From assembly GCF_009914755.1 (NCBI RefSeq), contig NC_060942.1: a stretch of 64,000 bases of DNA; one strand, 5' to 3'. This DNA is from the human T2T-CHM13v2.0 reference genome, Homo sapiens. Shown here piece after piece: positions 1 to 11,912 of this stretch. Below the pieces are notes generated by a model. The model worked only from the letters and a program-made list of their open reading frames with translations, ran no database searches and had not been told where the DNA came from. The position numbers were made by a program, and so were the translations under genes. How positions within the stretch are numbered: the first letter of the stretch is position 1; each line of letters opens with the position of its first letter.

Positions 1-2
1 CT

Positions 3-315
<313 letters not shown>

Positions 316-1129
316 TCTACTTTTAAGCCATCATGAGCACTTGGACTCCAATGCAGCTCCTTTCTTTATTTCTCAGTGTATTTCCCGGGGTCTTTGGCCA
401 ACTGCAGCGGGTGGCCTTTTTTGAATCTGAGAACGCACGGTGACACAGGCCCCTTCAGCACTGAGGTCTCATCTGGGGGATGCGAAGAGGGGAGGGCACC
501 AGTTCTGGGGGTGGTGGCATGGGAGGAGTGAGGTGGGGTTGCTTTCCTTCTGCTGCTGATAGTCGTGGATGTTTGCACACTTACAACTCTCGCTCATTGG
601 AAAAAGGATTCCAGTGCTTCTGATTTTTTTAATCAAAATCATCTGGGTTGAGAAACTGCCCTGTAAGTGAGACGTATCATGCAGTCCACATAAGACCTGG
701 TTCCAAGGCAGGTTAACCTGCTCTCACATACATTACAGATGTTTGCCAACAGCAAAGTGTAAAGCCAGCAGTTGGAACCCAGGGTCGCGGTGGTCTCGTC
801 CATGCACCCAAGGGATTGCGTACGGCTGCCAGTGTGACTGTGCTGGCTGAGCCCTGTGCCTGAAAAATAGGTCACCTGCTCCAGGACAAGTGCGGAAAAG
901 GCAGGACCAGGTGGGGCGGGAGACTTCGGTGGCACCGTTCTTCCATGACCACTGGTGAAATTCAACTATGTAAGAACGCTAAGCTTTATAACATATTATT
1001 AAGTACATCATTGCACTGTAGTGTTTGAAAAAGCAACGTGAAGAATACTGTGGTCAGTACAAAGCTGCAGTTTTTGCAGGGTGCAATGCTTATTTATAGG
1101 TTGCAAGAACAACAGAAATGATTAGTCTG

Positions 1130-1400
1130 ATTTTATAGCTGTGCTTTATGTTCTCTAGCTAATATAAATTAATGCAAATGTGAAAGGAAAACAATAGCTA
1201 TATTGTACATAATTAAATGCATTAACAAAACACAAGAACATCTGAATACTAATATTTTTGCAACAGTTGGGCTTTGTGTCCCTGAATGCAGTTATTTGTG
1301 AGGCACAGAGAAGGGCATTTTTGTCCCCAAAGTAGCTTCTCCCAACACATAAGAAGTATGCGAAGAAGTCTAAATCTATGGATGTGCAGCGTTTTTGGTA
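1130..1400. promoter_or_regulatory. Probable MBP conserved enhancer module M3 (oligodendrocyte enhancer)
   Basis: Unique sequence whose reverse complement (GGACAAAAATGCCCTTCTCTGTGCCTCACAAATAACTG...GGACACAAAGCCCAACTGTTG) resembles recalled mouse M3. Contains Sox-type CTTTGT/TTTTGT sites and octamer ATGCAAAT at 1172-1179. Order relative to the M4 candidate fits. Recall only, not aligned. Confidence 0.5.
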
Positions 1401-2675
1401 GGGGCGAGTGCAGTTTAGTCGTTAATATTGCCTTCAGTCAAACGAAATCCCAATGCAGACTTTTACATTTGGATATTTATAGAGCAGAGCATTATTACAC
1501 AATTAGTGAAACATGCAGATCTACATTTTCCAAAATATGTACTTATAATATTTTCTGTGGTATTAATCGATTTCTGCAATTGCAGGAAAACTTCCTTAAA
1601 CAACAACACCACACCCTAATCTTATTGCTAGGACAATGCTGGCCTTTAGAAGGTGGTGATATTCAAATCACTGACCATCTGTGAGCAACAACAGGGGTAT
1701 CATGTATCTCCGAGTGGTTTCTGAGGCACAGAAATGCACAGCAGGACGCAGCTGTGATATGTGGGGGATAGCGTTTACTAAATAAAGAAACTCAGGCGTC
1801 ATGACCTGAGGAAGCTCATCTTCCACTGAGGTGGTGTTAATGAAAGGTCACGTGGCCTCATTTTTACAGTGTGACTGGCTGCTTCCAGTGGCTCATCCCC
1901 AGCACACAAGCGTCGCCAGGTCCTGCCACTCCTTCTTTTGGACTATTTCTTATGTGACCACAACCCCCCGCTTCCTTTGCTTGCTGCCGCTTTCTGCTGG
2001 GGCTCTCACTGCGACATCGTGGCTAATTCCCTCATCTCCAGGATCCCTTCGTGGGTTCCACTGCCTGCACAACCGCTGGACCATCCGTAAAGGGCTTTGC
2101 AACACAAGGCTCCTAACTCATGCGCCTGCACGGACTCCTCATTCTATGAGCTCCAAGGACACACTCCTCTCTCTGCCATTGGGTTCCCTTGTTCTCCTCC
2201 GTGGCGCCATGTGCAATGCTGCAGGCCCTTGACCTCTGTGGTCTCAACAATGGCCACGCTGCTGCCTCTGCCTCCAGGTCCCCACCCTGGGGAGGCTGGC
2301 CCTGGGAGGCCCAGACACCCTTCTCCGAGTGCGTCTTACCCTCCAGTACCACAGAGTCACTCCTTAGTTCTCTTCTAATCGCCTCATATTTGCTTTGTTC
2401 TCTCCAGTCAAGTGACCTCCTCTCCGAGGGCCAGGGACCAGGCTCTGTTTATTCTCTAACATATCTGGGATGGTGTGGGGCCTCCACAGATGTCCAACAA
2501 GCATTGAACGTTTGCTAATAGAAGATGCTGATATTTACTGGAGTATACTCCAAAAGGAAAGACACCAAACCCCCCACTCTTCTTTGCTAGAAAAACTTAG
2601 ATTTTGGCATGATAGCTGTTAAGCTGCTTTTTATATACTTATTTTTAAGTCAGCCTCTACACCCATGGTCTAAAG

Positions 2676-2892
2676 CAAGCTTGTCCAACCTGCAGCCCAC
2701 AGGCCGCATGCAGCCCAGGATGCCTTTGAACGCAGCCCAATACAAATTCATAAACTTTCTTAAAACATTATGAGTTATTTTGTGACTTTTTTCTTTAGCT
2801 CATCAACTATTGTTAGTGTATTTTATGTGTGACCCAAGACAATTCTTCTTCTTCCAATGTGGCCCAGGGAAGCCAAAAGATTGGATACCCCG
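2676..2892. mobile_element. MER30-like hAT-Charlie non-autonomous DNA transposon
   Basis: Termini caagcttgtccaa...ttggataccccg; 8-bp TSD gtctaaag at 2668-2675 and 2893-2900. Confidence 0.85.
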
Positions 2893-5170
2893 GTCTAAAG
2901 AATTCTGTTTAGAAATTAATTTCTGTAGCAAAATTTCACTCTTTCTGGTTCTGCAGAGAGTTTTCTAATATGGTAAATAAAACCATTTAGCATGGCTCTG
3001 AAGTTCCAGAATACAGAATTAAACTTTTCTGCTTTATCCTTTCCTAAAGTCCAAACCCTAATTTATGCTTTTGGATGTGTTGCTCAGATGAAACATGGAT
3101 GGCCAAGCGGGACCGCCTTCCACAAGCCCCAGGCCCTCGTGCTCTGCAGTTTCCTTGGAGCAAATCAAAGCATGTGGGCGACGGAGAATCGGCCGTCGTG
3201 GCAGCGCCAGGGCCTGCAGTCGCCAGGGTGGGGCTGAGGCCAGGGCCGGAGGTCTGGGCAGAACCACAGGGAAGGACCTTGGAGGCCGACCTCAGTCCCA
3301 ACACTGACCAGCCGATGTGCTCCAGCAAGTCGCTGAGCCCAGATGTGCCTGTTTCTGTGTTTATGAGATGGGAGCATTCATTTCTATTCTTACCTGAAAT
3401 AACCCCAGGCTCCTTTCCGCAGCAGCACACTGACCTGGGTGACGTGTCCTCCCCATGCCACCCTCCCACAAACGCTGCCTTCCACCCACAGCACCCGCAG
3501 AGAGTGGCAGAGAGGGCATTCCTGAGCAGATTGCAGGAGTTTTGGGAGGTGCATGTGTGCATTCTCGTAACTCTCCGAGGCGGGTGGTTTTAGTAGCCCT
3601 TTTATTCATACCAGAAACTGAGACTTAGCAAAGTTAAGGTGGGATTGATGGAGGAGCTGCCGTTCACTCCTGCCTAAACTCCCTCCGTATGTTCTAGAAA
3701 CGCAGGCGATCCCCCACCTCTAGCTGTCTGACACCAGCCCTTCTCCAGCCCAAAGTGGCTTTCACTGCAGCCAGGCTTTTCCTCTCAGGGTAAAATTGAA
3801 CTGCAGATAATCGATGGCTGACGCATCTGTGGCTAGCAGCTGCTTCACGGAGGGCTGACCAGGAGAGACCCAGAGGCTTTCTGATCTGTCGGGAGCCAAG
3901 AGCTGAGCCAGGGCCCCCGCCTGCAGCCACAGGGACCTCGAGTGCACTCAGCGGTCTTGGTGCACCATAGCCACCTGGACATCGATACGTTAATGACTGT
4001 TAAACATGAACAAAAGCCGAGTCCCACACTCCAGGACATTCAACACCCACCCGACAGTCTGTCCGAGTGTTACCTCCAACAGTATGAAGCTCACCGTGCA
4101 ACGGCTCCAGGCTTGTTTAGGAAACTGTCCCACTCTCATCTTGCTCTAATCAGAACATGGCAGGAATCAAATATCCATACCTGACTGTCTCCAGTAGAAT
4201 GGTGATGACAGAGCGGACACTGTCCTCTATTGAAATACTTTTTTTTTTTTTTTTTTTTACCTAGAGCATGTTTCTCGTGCTCCATTCCCCTGCATCCGTG
4301 GAAATCACATCGCACAAGTAACTTCCATCAAAACCAGCACGTGTGAGAGACAAACATCTGGGTTCCCAGGCACACCCCACACCCTGAGTAAACCAGGACG
4401 GACAGGCCGAGGTTCCGCTGCTGCCTTTCTGGCACACGCAGGGGAGCAGTGGGCAGCGGGTTACTCCCTCTCCGAAAAACCGTCCTTCTCCCCATGCCCT
4501 GCGGCACCGTGAGTGCATCGCTCATCCCGCTCGCTGTGCTCCCAGCCTGTGCCATGGAACCTGCTCAACTGCGGAGCCTGGGATGAGGCTGAGCCTGTTG
4601 CTCTTCCTGTTGAGTTTGGTTTCGACCACCCTGCATGAATCTTTGTGCTTCCAATGCTTCTGGTCAGGGGGCCCTGCCGCCTCGTTTCAGGGACGGTGCC
4701 TGCAGGCCGCTGTCTGTGCCTGAACTCAGCGCTTTTCACGCTGGCTTGACCCACGGAGGGCGGCTGTCAGCCGCAACCGGAGGCAGAGCGCGGGCGTTCT
4801 GAGGCTATTGGATGAGGCTCGCTGGTGATACCTTCTGGGTTTGCAACTTTGTTCTAAAGCCAGGGGTTTTCAGGCCAACAGGAATGCATTTAGTTAGTAA
4901 TCCAGAGCATGCCATAGGAAAACATAACGAATAAAACCAGAATAAAACATAACGCAGAAATCACCTTCTCCACGAAGGCAATCACACTACCCAATTTAAC
5001 TATAACACGGTGGACTTCTGTGGATGAGATGATACTATCCTTCTTTTCACTACAATTAATTAAATGTTGTCCCCTTTTAATAGAGATCTCAAAACATTAG
5101 ACCTAAGGGATCATCCAAATATAATTTCATTAGGGAATTTTAATAAAATGTCCAAGCAGATCTTAAATGG

Positions 5171-5448
5171 GGAGGATGGCTTCAGGCTGGAAGTTTGAGA
5201 CAACCCTGAGCAACGCAGCAAGACCTTGTCTTTACAAAAAAAATTAAAAATTAGCTGGGATGGTCTCATGTACCTGTAGTCCCAGCTCCTCAGGAGGCTG
5301 AGGTGGGAGGATCACTTAAGCCCAGGAAGTTGAGGCTGCAGTCAGCTATTATCAAGCCACTGCACTCCAGCATGGGCAACAGAGCAAGACCCCGTCTCTA
5401 AATAAATACATAATTTTTTTCTGTCAAAATATCTGGTGGACATCACGT
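5171..5448 (+). repeat. Inverted duplicate of 6187-6465 (partial AluJ plus unique flank), bounded by a 20-bp direct repeat
   Basis: Near-identical to the reverse complement of 6187-6465, including non-Alu flank tttctgtcaaaatatctggtggac. gtccaagcagatcttaaatg occurs at 5150-5169 and 5447-5466. Confidence 0.93.
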
Positions 5449-6221
5449 CCAAGCAGATCTTAAATGAGACAGAAGGCAATGAAAATTACCATCCCTCAGG
5501 TAACTTGAGGGTTTCCCAACAATAAGCTCTAAGACATGCAGTGGAGGCTTAGCCTGCCGTGAGTCGCCACTGTTGGCTTATTTTATGTATTTGCATCGCT
5601 CCCATCTAAATGGGGATTCCCAGACTTCATAGGCCAGTAAAATAGGAAAAGTTAGGGATGAAAATGACAGGCCTTTGTCTCGCCACCTCAAAACTCCCAA
5701 GTTTTTATTTTGCCAGCTAAGACATTAAAAAAAAAGCAGACAACTACCATGTACTGGGAATATAATTTCACAAAAGAATTTTGGAATCAGTAGAATGGGA
5801 AGAGCCTGTCCTCAGGATGAAAGGCTATGGAATACACTTAGCTTCATTAAAGTGACATTGTAGGGTTGCTTTTTGATCTGCTGCAAAGACCCTGTATCTG
5901 CCTGCACACGCCTGCCCGCACACGCCTGCTGAGGCCCACCGAGCAGAGGCTGCAACGTCTAGCCCTGCTGGTGTCCCCCTGGGCAGGGGCAGGGCCAGGG
6001 ACAGCATCAGAGAGCACCAGGTCTCCGACAGATAAGACATTCAGACCCAGCTCCCCGCCCTCGGCACACATTCCAGACCCCACAGGCCCCTTGCATACAC
6101 ATAGAGCTCACAACTCATTTGGCCACAGACCACTAAAAACTTCCCCACGGAGGGGCTTTTGGTAACCACTTTTCTGTATATTTTCAACATGACGTCCACC
6201 AGATATTTTGACAGAAAAAAA

Positions 6222-6510
6222 TTATTTATTTATTTAGAGATGGGGTCTTGCTCAGTTGCCCATGCTGGAGTGCAGTGGCTTGATAATAGCTGACTGCAGC
6301 CTCAACTTCCTGGGCTTAAGTGATCCTCCCACCTCAGCCTCCTGAGGAGCTGTGACTACAGGTACATGAGACCATCGCAGCCAATTTTTAATTTTTTTTT
6401 GTAAAGACAAGGTCTTGCTGTGTTGCTCAGGGTTGTCTCAAACTTCCAGCCTCAAGCCATCCTCCTGTCTTGGCTTCCCAAGTAGCTGGCATGAGCCACT
6501 GCCCCAGCTA
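6222..6510 (-). mobile_element. AluJ-type element (source of the inverted copy)
   Basis: (ttta)n tail, then diverged Alu (tgcagcctcaacttcctgggcttaagtgatcctccc). Confidence 0.9.
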
Positions 6511-6516
6511 ATTTTT

Positions 6517-7838
6517 ATTTATTTATTTATTTATTTATTTATTTTTTTATTGATCATTCTTGGGTGTTTCTTGCAGAGGGGGATTTGGCAGGGTCATAGG
6601 ACAATAGTGGAGGGAAGGTCAGCAGATAAACAAGTGAACAAAGGTCTCTGGTTTTCCTAGGCAGAGGACCCTGCGGCCTTCCGCAGTGTTTGTGTCCCTG
6701 GGTACTTAAGATTAGGGAGTGGTGATGACTCTTAACGAGCATGCTGCCTTCAAGCATCTGTTTGACAAAGCACATCTTGCACCGCCCTTAATCCATTCAA
6801 CCCTGAGTGGACACAGCACATGTTTCAGAGAGCACAGGGTTGGGGGTAAGGTCACCGATCAACAGGATCCCAAGGCAGATGAATTTTTCTTAGTACAGAA
6901 CAAAATGAAAAGTCTCCCATGTCTACCTCTTTCTACACAGACACGGCAACCATCCGATTTCTCAATCTTTTCCCCACCTTTCCCCCCTTTCTATTCCACA
7001 AAACCGCCATTGTCATCATGGCCCGTTCTCAATGAGCTGTTGGGTACACCTCCCAGACGGGGTGGTGGCCGGGCAGAGGGGCTCCTCACTTCCCAGTAGG
7101 GGCGGCCGGGCAGAGACGCTCCTCACATCCCGGACGGGGTCGTGGCCGGGCAGAGGCGCTCCCCACATCTCAGACGATGGGCGGCCGGCCAGAGGCGCTC
7201 CTCACTTCCCAGATGTGATGGCGGCCGGGCAGAGGCGCTCCTCACTTCCTAGATGGGATGGCGGCCGGGCAGAGACTCTCCTCACTTTCCAGACTGGGCA
7301 GCCAGGCAGAGGGGCTCCTAACATCCCAGACGATGGGCGGCCAGGCAGAGACGCTCCTCACTTCCCAGACGCGGTGGCGGCCGGGCAGAGGCTGCAATCT
7401 CGGCACTTTGGGAGGCCAAGGCAGGCGGCTGGGAGGTGGAGGTTGTAGCGAGCCGAGATCACACCACTGCACTCCAGCCTGGGCACCATTGAGCACTGAG
7501 TGAACGAGACTCCGTCTGCAATCCCGGCACCTCGGGAGGCCGAGGCTGGTGGATCACTCGCGGTTAGGAGCTGGAGACCAGCCCGGCCAACACAGCGAAA
7601 CCCCGGCTCCACCAAAAAAATACGAAAACCAGTCAGGCGTGGCGGCGCGCGCCTGCAATCGCAGGCACTCGGCAGGCTGAGGCAGGAGAATCAGGCAGGG
7701 GGGTTGCAGTGAGCCGAGATGACAGCAGTACAGTCCAGTTTCGGCTAGGCATCAAAGGGAGACCGTGGAAAGAGAGGGAGAGGGAGACCGTGGGGAGAGG
7801 GAGAGGGAGGGGGAGGGGGAGGGGGAGGGGGAGAGGGA
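6517..7838 (-). mobile_element. Complete SVA retrotransposon (probably SVA_D-F group) with short VNTR
   Basis: Minus-strand order: (CCCTCT/CCCCCT)n at ~7770-7838, Alu-like region ~7390-7760, GC-rich VNTR ~7040-7390, SINE-R ~6550-7040, AATAAA and (AAAT)n tail. 15-bp TSD ccccagctaattttt at 6502-6516 and 7839-7853. Confidence 0.97.
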
Positions 7839-7983
7839 CCCCAGCTAATTTTTTAAACTTTTTGTAGAGATGGGGTCTTGCCACATTTCCCAGACTTGTC
7901 TCAAACTCCAGGTCTCAAGCAATCCTTCTGCCTTGGCCTCCCAAAGTGCTGGGATGACAGGCATGAGACATTGTGCCCATCCC
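7839..7983 (-). mobile_element. Alu left monomer (AluJ/FLAM-like), separated from the adjacent Alu by the SVA
   Basis: tttttgtagagatggggtcttg...ctcccaaagtgctgggatgacaggcatgag. Confidence 0.85.
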
Positions 7984-8143
7984 TGATTTATTTCAGAGAT
8001 CAACATAATAATAGACTCACTCGTTCTCCACATTTTTACCTTGGCTTTAAAAGTAGTATGTTTTGGTAGCGCATCTAGTTAGGTTTAAAGCCCAGAGTAC
8101 AATTTTGGTTAGTTTTGAGTGTTCTATGTTCCCATAAAATGAC

Positions 8144-8175
<32 letters not shown>

Positions 8176-8180
8176 CACAC
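8144..8180. repeat. (CA)n microsatellite
   Basis: Direct reading; one interruption. Confidence 0.95.
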
Positions 8181-8491
8181 GCAGTCACCACTGACCTGAT
8201 TTGACAGATCTGTCCTCTACCACCAGGAAATTTAGCCCGGAAACTAATAATTTTCCTGGCTCAAAAATCCAGGTTTCCAGCTTACCGTCCACAGATATCC
8301 TTCTTGTAGGTCTGACCCACACAGGGAACCTAGACACAATCTTAGGGGCCTCACAGGGCCCCACTCCCCAGCCACCAAAATGCACTTCCAGATCATCTTT
8401 TTAGGGCCTAGAGTCCACACGATTGCCTAAGGAAATTTTGGGATCTATCACATTAAAATACAAGCAACTGGAAAGGAGAGTCCCCAGAGGC

Positions 8492-8570
8492 TCAGGCAAT
8501 GGTTAGGAGGCTGGGAATCAGGCAATGGTTAGGAGGCTGGGAATCAGACAATGGTTAGGAGGCTGGGAAT
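8492..8570. repeat. 26-bp tandem repeat x3
   Basis: tcaggcaatggttaggaggctgggaa at 8492, 8518 and 8544 (third copy tcagacaat). Confidence 0.92.
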
Positions 8571-10479
8571 GGCTCCTGGAAATATTACTGCTTCTTCCTT
8601 TATTTTCCATGATTGGCAATCCAGCTATAAGGCCATACAGTATCCGAGGCAGAAAGTACTGGAAGGAGACCCAAGAGCCCATGGTACTATTCACGTAGGG
8701 ACTCTGTGTGGAAAGAGCTCTGAACAGGGCAGCCACTTCTGAGGGCTGACGAGGCCTCCACACAGGGACGGGAAGGGACAGGAAGGGACGGGAAGCTTTG
8801 GTTACTTTTGTCTTAAATGCACAATGGCAGAATTCATTGGAGCAGGACGGCCCTGTGGTACCGGTACATGGAACAATTTTCTCTGACAGTGATTTGCAAT
8901 CTGGTTTTCTAGCCCACAGTTGCTTTAGGAAGTATTTTCCAAAAATAAATCCATATATCTAAATACACCAAAATGTGTTATTTTCCATAATTGCTCAAAT
9001 TAATCCTTAGCTGCTAACTAAAAACAGCAGCATGGAACAGGTCAAGGAAACTATTATTGTGGAATTCACACAATGGAAAAATGTTTAATTATTTGGTTTG
9101 TGATTTGGTGTTTTTAAAGCTATGCTTTTTTAAACATACACATTTCTCCCATATCCTTTTATCAGACGGTATCTTCAAGGTGACTGAGGCTACCGGGGCC
9201 ACTGTGTGATCTAGATTCCTGTAACTGACCCTGTTTCAGACCTTCTCTTATGGGGACCAGTTGTCACTGCAAAATAAGAGTCTGCATAGCTAAGTTCAAG
9301 TCAAGTCCTTCGGGGGCAACCTGGTATCTGTGGAAGAGGGAATTCTGAAGTCACAAAACCATTCTTTATGGTCAAGAAACTCTAAAGCCATACAGACACT
9401 GTTTTAGAGAAATAAAGAAAAGTTATCCAATTCTTCAGCCATTGCAAAAAAAAAAAATCCTATTTTCAGAAAATCAAAAGAAGGTGATACTGTTTCCTCT
9501 AGCCCAGGAAAAACCATATAAAAACTCCACACTAAACTGAAATAAGATAATACAACTTTCCTCAAGTGGCCTTTCTAAATTTTAATTCTCAATTTGCTTC
9601 TAATGGTGGTGAGACGTTTTGGAGTTGTTACAATTGGCTTTTTACCTAAAGCAGTTTGGCAGATGCCAGACAGACCCCCGAGGCTGTGAGCATGCCCGCC
9701 CTGCTGCCCACCCTCTCACACCCCGTGTGGGCCACCACCTGCCCTGCCAGCCTCTGCTCAGAGCCTCCACCCTCACCTGCAGACACCTCCAATTCCCCTA
9801 CAAGCGCAGATTTCAGGAACACGTGAAGAAAGCTAAGAAAAAGGAGGCAGGGAGTATTCCATTTGTTTAGACCTGAAGCCGGTCAGGTTCTCATTTTTGT
9901 GGATGTTTTGACGCAAGTAATTCACTATCTGGACACAATTTCCAGGGTACTGTTCTGTAAGTGAGCTCCTTGATGTCTTTAACACTGGGTGTGCTGACAT
10001 ATCTAATAGACGAACATCTTGTTGCATTTTACATGCTAAGCTGCAGAAGAAACAATGCACCAGGGCCTATTTGCAGACCATCAGCCTCTTGGCACGAGGA
10101 GGGCATTGCCCGTGCAGCTCTGCTGGCTCTAATGGGCTCCTGGTCCGTGCCTCTCCATTTGGCCACCTTGGACAGGCTGTACACTGGCTGCAGAGTGGGC
10201 CGCAGGTGACCTCTCTCATGGATGGGGAGAGGCTTGCAGGCTGTGCCCAGTGGGAGCCAGGGCTTTTGTCGAGCACTCAGCTCCAGCTCCTGTCCAGCAG
10301 ATAGATAGTCTGCTCCCTGCCTGTGAAGAGTCGGACAGAAACTTTGAGCGATGGCAACGACAACAAGTGTGTTTTCTGGGGGTGGAGGTGAGGAGAGCTT
10401 GGGGCTAAAGGTGCAGAACCGAGCTTTAAGCTGTGGCCCCTTGTCCCACTGGAGAAGGCGCCGGGGGCACGCAGGGCCT

Positions 10480-10810
10480 CCACTCTCCTGGCCCCTCTCA
10501 AGGAGGCCGAGCCCTGCAGAGACCATGGAATTTGGAAGTGTGGGCCAGGGCCAAAGAGGACGCTCCTTGTTTGTGGAATACTTGTGTCACGGCGCGCTGT
10601 GCTTGGGGTCACCAGGGAGGGCAAAGGAAACAAAAAGGGCCATGGTGTGGCCTGTGGATTTGCGATGGCAGAAATTCTGCATCTATGAGAGGCATGTGGC
10701 TGCCTGCCAGGCTTCCCGCAGAGATTTCTTGAAAACTTTCCCACAAACGAGGCTCATCAACCCACCCATCTCACACCAATGCCTCCTTTGTGTGCCCAGA
10801 ACATATAGTT
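10480..10810. promoter_or_regulatory. Probable MBP conserved enhancer module M4 (Schwann cell enhancer, SCE1)
   Basis: Reverse complement contains GGCAGCCACATGCCTCTCATAGATGCAGAATTTCTG and GGTGACCCCAAGC...AAGTATTCCACAAACAAGG, resembling recalled mouse M4. Sox-type ACAAA/CTTTGT sites and an EGR2/Krox20-like ACCCACCCA near 10760. Recall only, not aligned. Confidence 0.6.
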
Positions 10811-11330
10811 TTTATTTGCTCCACATAGCTCACCCCTGGCACCTCCCACGGCAGGAAGAGGCCACAGGAGAGGCAGCCGTGTGCTAGGGGAGCCTCAGGA
10901 GGGTGGGGACGGGGTCGGCGAGGCGCGGCCATGCGCTGGCCAGTCACCCCTGTGAGGCTGCACACACTGAGCTCAGGTTCCTTCCTCCTTCAGCGCGGTG
11001 ACAGTCCACATGCCCAGCTTCCCTAACACGGTTGGCGTAGAGATAAGAGATTCTTAAAGAGCCCAATATTCATGTAGATTCGGTTAGGTTGTGCAGCCTT
11101 TGGTGAATTTCACAGTGACTTGTACCAACACTGGACAGACCCAGAGCAGTCATAAGAAAGTGGCATCACAGGTAGTACTAGGAATTGCTTCTCAGGGGGA
11201 GCAAAGAACTTAAAAAAATTATTCCTAGCTCTTGGCCAATTTGACATAGTGGCAGCTCAAAACACACTAGTTGAACTGAGTTGAATTTGGACTTTTAGAA
11301 AAGGTCTGGAGGCCAATATGGCTGACTTTG

Positions 11331-11637
11331 TTTAATTTTTTTATTTTTATTTTATGAGGCTGAGTCTCACTCTGTGACCCAGGCTGGAGTGCGGAGGCAT
11401 GATCTCAGCTCACTGTAGCCTCCACCTCCCAGGTTCAAGTGATTCTCCTGCCTCAGCCTCCTGAGTAGCTAGGATTACAGGTGTGCACCACCACGTCCAG
11501 ATAATTTTTGTACTTTTAGTAGAGATGGGGTTTTGCCACATTGGCCAGGTTGGTTTTGAACTCCTGGGCTGAAGTCATCTGCTTGCCTTGGCCTCCCAAA
11601 GTGCTGGAGTTACAGGTATGAGCCACTCCACCCAGCC
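11331..11637 (-). mobile_element. AluS-type element
   Basis: Full dimer; TSD aa(t/c)atggctgactttg at 11315-11330 and 11639-11654. Confidence 0.93.
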
Positions 11638-11912
11638 AAACATGGCTGACTTTGATTCTTGGTTCTATCATCTACTGTGTGACCTTGAGCACATAATTTA
11701 ATCTCTTTAAGGCTTGGTTGCCTCATTTGCAAAACTGATATAACAGCTGGAGCTCCCCCATGCATTGCTCTGATGAGCGCTTGCAGTGCATGTCATAAAA
11801 TGTCCTTGGTCTTGGTGCACAATTGGGGCTTTTGTTGTTGCTGCTATCAAAATGTTTCTAAAACTACTCTGGAAACACCTTGTGCACAGGAGTAAGGCCC
11901 TATACAGTTTTC

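Noticed and set aside
1640-1658. CTCF-like TGGCCTTTAGAAGGTGGTG
   Set aside because: Too many mismatches at core positions to call without ChIP data.
3044-3593. Paired 172-aa ORFs on opposite strands (also 10351-10887 and 12800-13321)
   Set aside because: No recognisable protein family or supporting exon structure; expected by chance in GC-rich intron.
4238-4258. Orphan poly-T run as a retrocopy tail (also the A-run at ~12418-12441)
   Set aside because: No attached element body or TSD seen; slippage expansion is sufficient.
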